A stretch of 64,000 nucleotides of DNA from Klebsormidium nitens (taxonomy: Eukaryota > Plantae > Klebsormidiophyceae), in NCBI GenBank assembly GCA_000708835.1, contig DF237289.1:1-64000 (forward strand), read 5' to 3'. Of this stretch, positions 40,593 through 52,839 are shown in pieces. The notes beneath the pieces are model-generated. The model was given only the letters and a program-made list of their open reading frames with translations, had not been told where the DNA came from and did no database searches. A program made the position numbers and the translations under genes. The number at the start of each line of letters is the position of its first letter. Within the stretch, counting starts at the first letter, position 1.

Positions 40593-43500
40593 CTAGAAGG
40601 ATGAGCCGGCGGGGGTCAGGCGCCCCATCGACTCGTCTCCACTGTTTGGTCGATTTCCCTTCCAATAAGTAGGTGCCTGGCTGCCCGTTATCCGTACGTT
40701 CAAGCCGAACTGACGTGCAAGGATCCAGTCTCGGCACAGCAGTGGTAACACGTGGCTAACTATGAAGAGGGTCAAAGAATGTTGGCCAAAGAACCAGTGC
40801 CGGGGGGGCTTAGGCTTCAGAAGGGTCGCCGCGGCCTGCAGCGGGACAATGAAGAATAGGATTGACAGTTGCCGACGCCACATTGAATCACCGATGAACT
40901 TCAAAAAGAAAAAGTAGATTTTTGAAGATACGTTCCGAAAATTGATTTATGACTTGGAGTATGTTCGAATGTAAAGACGAAATTCTTTACGGTCAGCACA
41001 TGCTTACTCGACAGTTCTAGACTCTCTGTGCATAACTGACTCTACCCGTTGCAAGACGACTTGTCATCGGACCGGTTTGGAGCAAGAGGACAACTCCCCA
41101 GGTTATTTACGCAGATCCTTTCAAGTCGGAGTTACGCCGCATTTCTCGAACAGGTCCCAACCTTCAACCTCGCGGTCCTACTCCCGCTCAGTCGACCCAA
41201 CGTCTCACCTTTTCGGCGAAGACATTTGCCGGCGTCGCGCCTCGCTTGTGCGCGAACACGGCTTTTGTCCGGATTGCCTCCTCGAACGGCGCAAAGTGGC
41301 CGTTTCGATTGAGGTGCTGGCGGCTGGCGTTGTTCTGCCCAAGGTTAGTCTCGACCACCCCCGGATTGATCAGGACCACGTCGACTCCAAACGGCTTCAT
41401 CTCGAGGCGCATGCTGTCGCTCAGGGACTGGATCGCGGCCTTACTCGCGCAATATGCGGCGGTCTGCGCACAAAAGCCATGACGTCAGCATAGCGGTGGG
41501 AAAGCCGTCTGCGCTTAACGCCGTGGCCCATTGTCTCAACGGCTCGGTAAGAGATGATCTGTCGATAAACGTGATGTGCACAGAGTGCTTGGCAGCGGTC
41601 TTGTCAGCAGCGCAGCATGCGGTATTCGAGTCTAACCAGGGCCGTGACGTCAGCGGTGCGGTAAGGTGCACCTAGTCCCGGTACCGTGACAACCACAGTG
41701 CGGGTCTGCCCGCAAAAGCCGCAATGTCCGGAGTGCATCACGTGGCGCTCTGCGACGTACAACAAACGTCGTGGCAGCAGAGAACTCGGCGCTCGATGCA
41801 CGAAGGCTGTAATGTCAGTATCTCCATGCGAGGCTGGCGGGATTCGCCGTAGACGTAATCTTCACAAGAACGGCAGCAGATCTTAAGAAGATTCTTGCTT
41901 GAAGCAGTCTTATTGCCATACCTGTAGCGCTCTAACACAGCCAAGGCCGCCCAACGGTTCTGCTGGACAAGTCAAGAAGTTAGCATTGATTACTTCGCAG
42001 CGGCAAGCCTGATGAGACCTCCGGCTTCCAGACGGATGCGGTCTCTCCGTTTGCTTTCGCTCGAAACGACGCAAGGGTCATTGTGTCCAACACTTTTCCA
42101 ACAAGAAAGTTCGAGGTTGCACGAGATAATCCCAGAAGTATTGGGTAGCTCCAGCTCTCAAATCCGGGTCGAGCTACAATCGTTTTCCTCTGGTCCCGAT
42201 TCTTTAGTTTCTAAAGGGTGCAAGTTCACGATCTCGAGCCAGAGGACCATACTGTAAGGGGCGTGCACGTCTACAGGAGCCTGCGTGCTCGAACCCGAGC
42301 TTTGCTGCCCGCACTCCCCATAAAGCGCTGACTATTCGGATCCCCAGCAAGTCAGCTTCGCTGACAAACCGCGCTAGGTAAAGTCCCTCCGTGATTGGAC
42401 GGTAGGAAAAGACGAAGAAGAGAGTGGAAGTCCGCGTCGGGCAGAAAGTTAAGTAGGCACTCCAGAATTTTCAGCCAGATTGTAAGCCAGAATCCACACA
42501 TCCGGAAATTATGGCGCAACTCTGACTTGAAGAAGTGGTGCGGTGAGGAAAGCATCACTCCTCAAACGGGCATCCTTGGGGAGTCTGCAATCGTGGTTGT
42601 GTCCTTGAACCCTTTTGTTTCAGCACTTTCACGAAGAAATCAATGATGCGACCAATTTATGCAATTTGATTCAGAATCCTGAAAAGTGAGAGTCGCTGAA
42701 GATATCTGGCCTGGCAGGCCCTTCGTGAGGGGTCGCAGAATCACGTCATCATCTGAAGGGTACGAGCAATATAAACGTCCGGTCTCCTCGGATTTGCGTG
42801 ATATCTGGAAAAGAGAGACAGCTCAAAACTGTCTCTTCTGACAGCCCGCACTTCTTCAGCCCTTGGATAAGTATATTCAAATAGGCTCCTGGATCTGACG
42901 CTGAAAGTTTGCACAATCTGCAATGGAGACTTGTGACCACAAACTGGAGAGCCAGGTGGCAAGAAGGTGATCCTCACCCAGGGGGTGGCCATCCATCCAA
43001 CAATGCTGCCAATATTGGCAATCGTGCCCCCCCCCTGCTTCGCCATAATTGGAAAGACGGCCTGGCTGACAGCGACTGTCCCGTACACATTGGTCTCAAA
43101 CAGCTGGCGCATGGCCTCCATTGGGAGGTCCATCAGAGGGCCGACGGCGCCGACGCCCGCGTTGTTGACCTGCAAAGCGGAGTGATTCAGCCAGAGGTCG
43201 TGCGCTTTCTGTGGCTCTGTGCCAATGTTGTAGGAAGATGAGTGCAGACTGTAATGGAAGTTTTGCATTGCTTTTCAGCCACCACCAAGCCCTCAGTGCA
43301 GCAGGCTTCCTTGGAGAGAGAAAGACCTTGGAGGCACGAGCAACTGAAGCACCGATGGAACTAGTGTGCGCCGAGCGCCTAAACCTGACCGGTCAACGTT
43401 GAAACCCTTTCGCTCGACTAAGCAACGCCCTTTCCCCTCAGATTGTCATAAAAGCGCTGTCACTGAAGATGCAACGGTTCTGACAGTGTCTTTTCCCTCC

Positions 43501-44095
43501 TCCTTGAGACAAGGTCACTTGTTACTTGTCAAATGTGAAGAATGTCGAAAGCTTGCATCAAGAAAGAAAAGGGTGTCCGGTAGAACAAGGGAGGAAATCA
43601 ACCCAGAGAAGACATTCAGTTCGTGTCCTCCACGCAGAATCCTACTTAATGCAAAGTCAAAAGACACCACGAACATCACATCTACGACATCAAGTCCATC
43701 ATGCACCAGCCCCCATGGGCAGATTCAAAAGCTCCACCATATCAAGGACCTCTTCTCAGTTTTGAACTTTGATCTCGCAAGGAGACTCTTCTAAAAGCTG
43801 CACTCTCAGTGACATCATATTTCGCACTCGAAGCTCCCTGCTCACGCTCCCTCACCAGAATATCCACCCTGCCCGCTTTTGCCACCACCGTCTCCACACA
43901 GTCCCTTATGGACGCCTCCTCACACACGTCCAGCTGTACCACACAGCACCCAAGCGCCTCCAACTTCGTCATACTCTCCAGCCGCCGCGCGGTGGCAAAG
44001 ACACGGCACCCCCGCTTGAGCAGGGCCTCGCACAAAGCCGCCCCGATACCCCCCTCAGAGCAGCCTGTCACAAGCGCCACCTTGGGGCCGTCCAT
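40593..44095 (-). CDS. Classical short-chain dehydrogenase/reductase (Ayr1 / 1-acyl-DHAP reductase-like), ~309 aa. Exons 44095-43856, 43169-42978, 41463-41209, 40835-40593
   Basis: Motifs: VALVTGCSEGGIG, LDV, RVDILVNNAG, NIGSIVG, catalytic YCASK, PFGVDVVLINPGVVETN. GT-AG introns, 930 nt. Confidence 0.9.
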
Positions 44096-44399
44096 ACTAC
44101 ACCAGCTCGGACTCTGACTCACCTCTGGATTCAAAGTGGTGCACAGCTACTTCGGTCTAGCTTGAATCCTTCTATTGCATCTCGCTAAACCGCCCTCTAT
44201 TGAAGAATCCACCTTGAATCTGAACCCCTTGAATCACTTTGACAGTAAGATGATATTGTCAACATCTCAGGGGTGATAGCGCGCTGGCAAGCTACCCGCA
44301 TTGCCTCTGGCAGGCCGAATTCGCGAAGCCTGAGCTGGTGGCAGGTCGAGCTCAACTCGAGCCTAGCTGGCGCCGCATATGACAGGTTCCGGAGAATAG

Positions 44400-45900
44400 G
44401 GAGCCAGTACTCCTACTAGGAGAATCTCCTTACAGTGACAAATCCAGGGGGACTCCAACGAACCACGACGACTTCTTGGGAGTGCGTGCAGGGATGGCTC
44501 TGCCGAGAAAGGTGATCACGTGCAGCACGCTGGTGCGGCCCGCTCGTACTAGCTACCATCATTTCGCTGTTCAGATTTCCAGTAAAAGTCGACAACGTTG
44601 ACCACTGCGGTAAGCGGCGGCGACCGGACACCGTACCTATCGTCGGAATCGAGCGATAGCGTATGGAACCGATCACCAGGGAACGGTACCAGCCTCAGCC
44701 TCTCACAGTACCTACTAGCTTGTGCTGCTTCATACTACAGTACCTAGTGTTATAACAGACGAACAACCAGACTCCGGAGCGTACGGCCGGTACGCGGTCG
44801 GTGCAACGACGGACGACGGCCGGGGGCGTCAAGGAGTGCGTCGCGCTTCGCGGCGAAACCGGAGGGTCCGTTGGAAAGCCAATCATTCGCCGGGAACTCC
44901 CACATTACCGGTATAGCCATACCCTAATGTACATTGTACAGTGCCTTGAAGTGAGTACTGCCCGGACTACGTACGGCCAGTAGCTGGACTTGGGACGAGC
45001 CTTGATTCACGCGACTCGTGTCATTAGCATGTACCGGCTATTTTTCTTGAGCTACACGCACCAAATGAACCAGATGAAAACATTTGAGTACTCATTCTAC
45101 ATCTAGCCCTCAGTATTAAGGGTGTCACTAAACAGATAGACGTGTCCGTAGAATCGTCGACACGCATTTGGGACCACTAGTAGGTAGTTGCATAAGTACT
45201 GCTTGATGACTGGGCTCTGCTAATCTGAAATCGTCAAAGTGCCCTTCATTAAATGCCTTACACTGAAAGTAGAAAGAACAGGCGAGTGCTTTTGTCTGCA
45301 AACTGAGGCAACCTACTCATCGCACTCAGCACTCTGCAATGGTAACTCCAATGCCGCGCCTCCGTTTATGGTACATTAAAAAATATGTTTAAACGGTAGG
45401 TATTGCACATTCCAATTGCACGCATAATTACGACCGGCACTGGCTTGTAGTAGATAACGGGACACCACAGCGCGTTGAGACCCTCCTAGAGGGTCCGACA
45501 TCTATGACAGGACCTACCTCATGGTGAGGGGTACCACTGTATACGGTATGCTGCCAAGCTGCACATAACTCATCATGAAGATAGGTACCAGACGACCAGA
45601 CGAGTTAGGCGGTTATTTTCACGGCACTGTATTGCAGGACGCTGATTCTAAACTTTAGCAGTGGTACCAGGCACTGGTATTGAGAAATGGCCCCGAAAGG
45701 ATAATTCGCCTAGCTGGCGGAATTGGACCCTGCCAGTGGCATTTTATTCTTTCCGTGCCTCAGATCAATTTCTAAGTGAGTGATTCTCATTTTCTGATGT
45801 TTCTATACCAGCGAATAATTTTCCTGATCATATGTTTACTATAAATGATGATTGCCCCGTAATGCGTCGCCCTGTGATCGTCAGGATTTATAGCTCTTCT
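44400..45900. mobile_element. Probable heavily decayed repeat or transposon relic, family not identifiable
   Basis: No spliceable gene model. Rich in TAG/CTAG/GTAC words and small hairpins (e.g. GACCCTC-CTA-GAGGGTC). Texture is similar to 1-860 and ~7600-7860. No transposase, RT or terminal repeat recognised. Confidence 0.3.
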
Positions 45901-46163
45901 GACCACTTTTCCTTTTGAAAGTGCACAGGCTCTGTCCCCTGTGAGAGCTTGCCCTAAGCAACTGGCTAGTTTACGTTTGCCAGGCTGACGGTAACTCTTC
46001 CAAGCCGCATCAAATGCAAGCGCCGTTAGCGCCGTTCATGATCCTAATACCAGTTGAGTGCACGTTCTCTCACTCATAAGCTGGGCCAAATAGTTGCCAC
46101 TCTCAATTCCACTTGCCAGCACAAGACTGTGAGCACGTTCCTCACGGCAACTCGATGACGCAG

Positions 46164-46775
46164 GTGATTCCAACGGGCACCAACGGGGGCGTATGCCCTC
46201 TGGGCACCGCCGCCAGCGCGGCCGGAGGGCTTTTTATTGGCGTCATCTTCCACGCCGTTGGGTTGTAACCACTTGAGCGTCCGAAGCTGAAGGAACAGCG
46301 GTGCAGTGGCGGGCGCTTCCTCTGGCGGCTTTGGCGGAACTGGTCGGGAGCCTCGTGGACAGCCTGATGGGCGTCAGGTTGCAGTACAGCGGGTTGGACG
46401 CCAAGCTTGGGGAGGTGCGTTTGATCTTTCGGAGCGAGTGTGCCCCGGGACTGCGAATTCAGGCTGACTTTTGGCTGGCACTTGTCAAAAGAATTGCCTT
46501 TCTTCTGCTGATATGTACATGAGTAGTCACAGCTTCGGCACAAAAGGAATCCGATTATTTGGAGACTAATTCAAAATTCCTTGAACCAAATTAAATTCTG
46601 CGCTATAGCTCTTGGTCTAAGTATGATAGAAAGCAGTCGACATATGACTCGAGCATCTGCCGTCTCAGGTGGTGCAACACCCGGGCTGCACGTGCTCAAT
46701 AATGAGGGCATTAACTTCGTGGCTTCGGAAGCCACTGCCGCGCTGACTGCAGGCGCATCGGTGCTGATCTTCTGA
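46164..46775 (+). pseudogene. TMEM19/PGR-like (DUF92) pseudogene, last two exons only (46164-46414, 46669-46775) with the intron retained
   Basis: VIPTGTNGGVCPLGTAASAAGGLFIGVIF is followed by a frameshift and stop, then VQWRALPLAALAELVGSLVDSLMGVRLQYSG|GT. Final exon VVQHPG is frameshifted into LHVLNNEGINFVASEATAALTAGASVLIF*. This matches the C-terminal half of plant PGR/TMEM19 (GTNGG; GSLIDSxLGATxQxSG; LDNNxVNF) by recall. Confidence 0.82.
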
Positions 46776-47702
46776 GATAGACATCTTTACAGGAATCGTT
46801 GATGGATGGCGAGGTGCTAACCGTAACATTGGTGGCCCCATAGCTCAAGGATCATGCAATCCCATGCTATGGTGAGTTATCGGGTGCATCTAGGATGCTG
46901 TGTGATCAAAGGAAATTTCATGCGCGCTCCATCCGCATGGAAACGAGCACCTTGCGCATCGGGAGGCCGTATTCTGTTTGGACCCGTTTCCGACGACGGA
47001 GGACCTATGCATGGCAGGTGTTTGCGTCAACGGGTTCGACTCAACTCGAAGAGCATAGTGCACCTCAGAAGAGGACAATGGTACAGGTATTGTCGAAAGA
47101 CACCGTTCCCAACCGCAAGCCATGTTTCCGCGACAGCAGATTGTGCTGTCAAGCTTGAGACATGCGCGCGAGGCTGGAGACACGCTATAAATGTCCAACA
47201 TGGGGAGAACACGGTCGGGATCCAAGTCCGGTTGAGGCTTCGCCACCGAGCGCTGGGCATACATACCTTTTATCATGGATCACGGCAGTATCTACGCTGG
47301 GCTTAAACGGCCGCTCAGCTGGGCGAATACATAGAAAGCCGGCCGGCCCGGGTCCCGCAATCCATTCGCAATCGGACCAGAACCTCAACTGCTTCTCGTC
47401 TTGCTTCCGGTGAAGATATTTCATTCTGTGCCATTGCACGCCAACCCAGATTCCAGGCCCTCAAACGCGGGACGAACAACAGGTGTTCAGAAGTGGCTCG
47501 GCGCTTTGATATCAACGCTTGGATTAGGCGCGGGTAAGTCCATGCGACTTGGGGCTCTTGGACTTGAGATCCTATGAGGCACAAGACGGGGTCACAGAAG
47601 ATTCCAGATTCTTCGCGTCAGAGCTTGCAAGCTTCTCCGTATAATTCTCAACAGACGACCTTAGTTTGTTGACCCAAACCCCACACAGGTTTGGGTGAAA
47701 CT

Positions 47703-50618
47703 TCAACTGACCTCTGCCAACGGTAACAGCCAATGCCCCAAAACGACCACTGCAAGCGGCACGGTTATGTTATCAACGTCCCGATAAGGGAAGCTCTCAA
47801 CGGCTGCCGCCGCGAAGCTGAGCACGCAAACGAACAGTGCGGCGCCGCAAAGCGACAGCTCCCGATCAAAGTTCCCCCTATAGTTGAAGTACACCTGCGG
47901 GTAGTTTGAAATTTAAATTCTGAGGTCTCAGGTTGTTTCTGTTTCTAGAGACTGCGAGGTTCACAGCGCGCCTGTTTCATGGCAAGCACAAAAGGCATGC
48001 AGCAAGAGGTTGCAGCTTCCAATAACCGTGCGCTTGCCCAGCAATTTCGATCGTGCCACCTCGGAGACGATCGCAAGATTCTTGAGGAGCTGGGCACTTT
48101 GGGAGGTAGCTTGCATCTTTAGGGGAGTACAAGAATACGAGAAAGTTCTCTCAGCAGCTCTGAACAGGATATCACACAAATGGATTCGTTCGCAGAGGTT
48201 GGAATGGCGCCTTTCTGGCGGCTCGCACCCAAATCCACAACGACGTGTGCATTAAACCAAGTGCGAGACCCCGGGTGCGCTCTCGTGCGCCGTACGGGCG
48301 GCCAGCACAACCGTCTCAACAAAACCCAAAGACGATGCTTGTAAGAATAATACCATCGCCTTACCAGAGCTGCCAACCCGAAGACGAAGCTCCCAAGAAA
48401 CATGGCTGACGAGCCGACGTAGGTTTTTGATTGCGACCATGGTAGCTTCGCCCTGCGTTAAATTCAAAGACGCTTCTTAGCTCCTGTTGGCCGGTCAATC
48501 ACAAGAAGAGCTGCTGTTTCAATTGAGCTGCTTCAACTCAGTCATGGGTATGCTTCAAGCTTCCACTTAGCGTCTGAATTCGACTGGACTTTCGAAGGAG
48601 ACAATATTTCTCTCTTTAAGTTTGGCCAACAGCGTGCCGAAGATAAAGTAGGCTGTCCAGATGCATAATACAAAAGAGCACAACTGCGTCTGCGTCTGCG
48701 CTTCCGTTACATGAAGCGGTGACTAACATTTATCTTATAAACTGATCAGGAAAGAAGGAAGTTCCCAAAAAAATATAGGAAAAAGCTCTCTGCTCGTCCC
48801 AAACGAGAAACAATCCGTAGAAGTTTAGTCCGCTAAGCTATGGGGCTGAGCGGCGCCTTGAAGTGAATTCTGCAAGACCCTGCCGTCTGTACGTCATCCA
48901 CATTAGTATTTCCCAAAAAGACACCGGTTCTGAACCTGACCCTTGTTCTGGTAAGAGGCCCGCTGCGAGAGGAACGCGCGTGCTATTGGGTGGTCCGTCA
49001 AGAATCAGATTCTTTCCTAGATGAGGACTCCAAAATAAGCCAGAACACGTTTTCGAAGGCCGCCCACCTTCCATATCTCCTCCCAAGAACCTCCGCCAGG
49101 CCATCGCCCCCGCAGAGCGCCGAGAGCCCCAGCACGCCCAGGGGGGAGTTCCGCCAGAACACGAGCTGCCAGGGCGCGTTTGCAATCTTCAAGCTGGTTT
49201 GCAACCGCCAAGAATTGCAGGTGCTTCGTAACATGACGAGTGAGAGGTCGCATACGAACGGCGGACTTGGGTGAGAAAAGGTCTGAAATTCTGGAAACGG
49301 TGCAAGAAACGGTCGTCGAGAGAAAATTCACCTTGCAGTGTAAAAGAAACTCTCTGCAGGGTACCAATGCTTCGATTCTCGCCTGTATTCTCGGGAGATC
49401 TGGACTGCCCTCTGCACGCAGCGACCTGCCAGCTGACGCGCTCAAACAATTTCGCACTTTCCGGCCCAAGACTAGGAAACATCGTTGCCTCCTTTTCTCC
49501 ACATGCTATTTTCCAAGATATATGCGAAGCTTTTTGCTTCTGAATCGAGAGAGATCAAAGCGCGGCTCCCTGGACAAAGGAGTGGCGCTCACCGTGGCGA
49601 CCAGGAAGACGATGCCGTAGTATAAGGGGCCCCGGAGCATCTCCGCCGGATCGCCTCTTCGGCTCATGGAGGCCACCGCCCGGGGGTCACGGATCACGCC
49701 TGAGCGGCAGAGAGGCCTGACGTCAGCGTCGGTGTCAGCATTGAATCTCAGGAAAAAGTGCGTCACCACAAATAACTTCGTCCTGCTGAAATGAAGTCTT
49801 AGGTTGAGTTTGCCTTGAGCTTTCGTTTGGCCATAGTCAATGCCAATGACGCGGACTGCTTACATCTGCGCAGCTTCGAGAAGAATGTGCAGCGAAGTTT
49901 TAGCATTTCTTAGTAAGTGGATAAGACTCCCTTCCAGCAACATCTCATGCGGACCAAAGAAGGCTCAAACCTCACAGAGCAATTCATGCATCGAACGCGT
50001 AACGACTAGAGCATGCCAATCAGCTGTTGGCAGAACGAAGACTCATTTAGAGCAGCAGTTGGGGCAGCTCGACGGGCCTGGCCAAGCTTCGAGTAAGCGA
50101 AGCCAATACGCCCACCACTGCGTCCCGTCCTATGTTAACCTTTTCCAGGTGAGGGTTGTCTCACCGATCCCAAGGAGGAAGAAGTTTGCGGTGACCAGAA
50201 GGGGCGCCGCTGCTGCAAAGTAGCGCGACTCTGGGGCGTCGCTACAAATAGGGAGGGCGGCAATAAGTGGCGGCACCGATCAGTCGCCGGCAGCATTATG
50301 GAGGGTAGATTTGACGTCGGACGAAGGTGAGAATAGCTCATCAGAGTCTGCCCCAGGAACACCGACCTTTTGGTCTCCGCACGCACACAGACCATCACTC
50401 CGCGTTGCCTGACTAAAGACGGGCATAGAGAAACGAACGGCTCCCAAATGGACGGACTCGAGACCCCAATCTAGTTCCATAGAATCCGTCAGGAGGCGTG
50501 GTCGAAGCAGCAGGGCGTGGCTGCGCACAGCGCACCTGAAAAGATTCCACGTCAGCAGGAAGATGGGGCCCGTGCCGATGTGGATGACCTTCCGACTCAG
50601 TCTCTGTACACGGAACAT
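47703..50618 (-). CDS. Phytol/farnesol kinase family (VTE5/FOLK-like, CTP-dependent membrane kinase). Intact exons 50603(or ATG 50618)-50536, 50241-50165, 49699-49593, 49165-49068, 48452-48365, 47894-47703; the ancestral first exon looks disabled
   Basis: Motifs: RLSRKVIHIGTG, MSRRGDPAEMLRGPLYY, FWRNSP, LCGGDGLAEVLGRRYG, LPWSQSKTYVGS, VESFPYRDVDNITVPL. Six exons splice in frame with GT-AG junctions. Confidence 0.85.
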
Positions 50619-50854
50619 ATCTAGGCCTTCAGAAGGCGGGCTAGGAAGACAGAGGATACGAGGCTCCTCTCTAATGTTGACCTTCCAAGAGCAGCTAAGT
50701 CATTCTTCAAAGGGGACGACAAGGACACCCCTTGGCCAGCTCGGAGAGCTTTCCACGGTCATCGTAAAGTCACCAACAGCTTATCTCATCAACGGTTTGG
50801 ATCCTCTGATAACAGATGTGTCTGAATCGCTGCCTTCTCCAGGTCAACGAGTGA

Positions 50855-51004
50855 GCAGTCTCATAATGTCGAGCATGTTGAGTGACACGGCCGCGTCCAC
50901 TCATTTTACCCATGCGACGCACAAGAAGAGGGCGATTACTGATGCGCCCAGATCCTGCAGCACAAAGAGCGGATACCGGGCTGTTCAAGGGCGTGTGAAA
51001 GCAT
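50855..51004 (-). pseudogene. Disabled ancestral exon 1 of the phytol/farnesol kinase gene
   Basis: Reads MLSHALEQP/[1-nt frameshift]RYPLFVLQDLGASVIALFLCVAWVK*(TGA 50903-50901)VDAAVSLNMLD. The expected GT donor reads ATGAGA. The peptide resembles TM1 of the family (LQDxGA...WVKxxD...LD). Confidence 0.6.
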
Positions 51005-52651
51005 GAAGACGTCGCCTTCGGGTCTTGGTCTTGAGATGCTAGTGGGCCGTGACACTCTAAGCGGGAGGCTTGGTGATGGCACCGCATTCCAATGGACGCA
51101 ATTGAGATAAATCATCAATCTAACGAGAGCAGATTAATTTACTTCGGTGAGGTAGTTGGCTGCCGAGAAAGGATACTTAGGTAGGATGCCACCCTCTAGT
51201 GATTGGTTGCCACAAGCGCAACAAGCCTGGAGCACTCTGCAAGCGCAGGACTTACCAAGCCAGAGGAGGAAGAAAAGTAGGGCGATAGCGGAGACCCTGC
51301 CATGGGCCGACTCTGCTGGCAAGACCCAATACCAGCGGTTAGTGCAAGCTGATCTTCAGTGCTTCCTATGGGAAACGTGATTCTCCTTCAAAAAGCGTCG
51401 TTCGTAAGTTATGGATATGCATAACATGATGCACTTGCAGATTCTTGAGGACTGAGAGCTGGAAAACTGAACTGGAAGCAACTTTGCAACGTCTGTGCCA
51501 AATGCCTGATAAGCGGTGGTCAAGTTTAAATCAAAATACCCGCACACCAGCAGCTGATCTTGACTGGTTCACAGCGGTCTTTTCTGGGTTGCTCCTCTAT
51601 TCATGGTCGGCGGGCAAAAGGCTTTCTTCAATTCACCTAGGCCTATGTATATGATGAAGCAAATTTTCATAGGGATTTGTCTACAGCTCTGTGCTAGAGG
51701 TGCATCATGATTGTTCTCCCTTCAGAACTTTGTCCAGTCTCGGTTTACCTTAAGATTAGCCTCCTTCCACAACCATTTGTGTTGCAGTTCGGTGGGTTTG
51801 TTGGCTTGCAATGGCATTATGCACCCCAGGCAGCCCTTCTATGCATTCAAGGACTCTGCGACAGGCTGCTTTCTCACAACTCAATGGCGTGGATCCACAA
51901 TCGAAACCATGATGTCTTTTGTCAGATGCTCTCTTCAACCTCCAGCTGAGGGCATCTAATACAAAGCCCATACAAAAGCAAGCGGGCTGGTTTAGAAGTC
52001 ATACCATGAGAAGCAAGCTAGCGGGCTTGTGGCCGGTCATCTAAACCACAGAAATTGGAGCCGGCTGGCTCATCCATCTCCCAAATGCAAGCGGGCTTGG
52101 ACTCGGACTGGAAGCAGGGCTCAGAAACGGCTCTTGATCTTAACCAAACCATGGACACTTCTCTTTCATGCGTTTGCACTCAGCTGCACAGCTGGCGTCG
52201 CCACTGAGCCACAACTGAGCCAGCAAACGGATTCTAGTGTTCTAAGGCAACGTAAAGAAGTAAGCAAAGAATTCAACTTGCAAGCGCTTAGCCGCAGCTT
52301 GCGGACTACTTACTGCATTACACAAGACACCTGGGCGAAGCAGGCGAAGTCCCGGACTCCAGTACGCCATTGAAGATCTGCTCGCCAGTGCCAGTGGCAG
52401 TGTTCTTGCCGGTACCAGTGAGCGAGTCTGCAGTGGTAGTGATATGGAGTGTGAATGATTGCGCTAGCCGGCTGGCCTAGCTATAGCGTATGCATGGGTG
52501 ACGTATGCATGGACCGCCAAGGGGCGCCGGCTTGGATGCGGTGCCCGGTTCCTGTAACCTGTTTTAAAAGTACAACGGCCAAAGAACGTTCAACGCGGCG
52601 CCTCAGAGTACGGTAGTGGATTGCCACTGCAGTGCTTCTTTTGAAGTACAG

Positions 52652-52839
52652 GGAAGGTGGCGCGCGCACAATCGCATCTGACAGCATTGGCCGTCGATCT
52701 GAAGAACACGGACCGATCGGAGGGCTCTGCCAACTTTGAGAGTCTGAGATCATTTCTCAGTGCCCCCTGCTGCCGGGCCTGGGGGCTGCTGCAGGCCTAC
52801 GACTACCTAGCTGTACAATGTGAATATCATAACTTGAAG
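52652..52839 (+). other. Possible orphan coding exon, or an additional 5' exon of the WD40 gene
   Basis: Flanked by acceptor TACAG| and donor AAG|GTACG. Open frame KVARAQSHLTALAVDLKN...WGLLQAYDYLAVQCEYHNLK is in phase with the ATG at 53244, which itself follows CTGACAG. Confidence 0.35.

Noticed and set aside
41738-41944. Resemblance of the Cys-rich ORF to the DNA polymerase delta/zeta C-terminal zinc finger
   Set aside because: Cys spacing does not match, the second CxxC is missing, and no polymerase sequence is adjacent.
47020-47050. GGGTTCGACTC resembling a tRNA T-loop
   Set aside because: The flanks do not pair into a T-stem and no cloverleaf can be built.
50901-50903. In-frame TGA as selenocysteine or programmed readthrough
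   Set aside because: The same exon also has a frameshift and lacks a donor. Trp-to-stop decay is simpler, and I saw no SECIS-like evidence.
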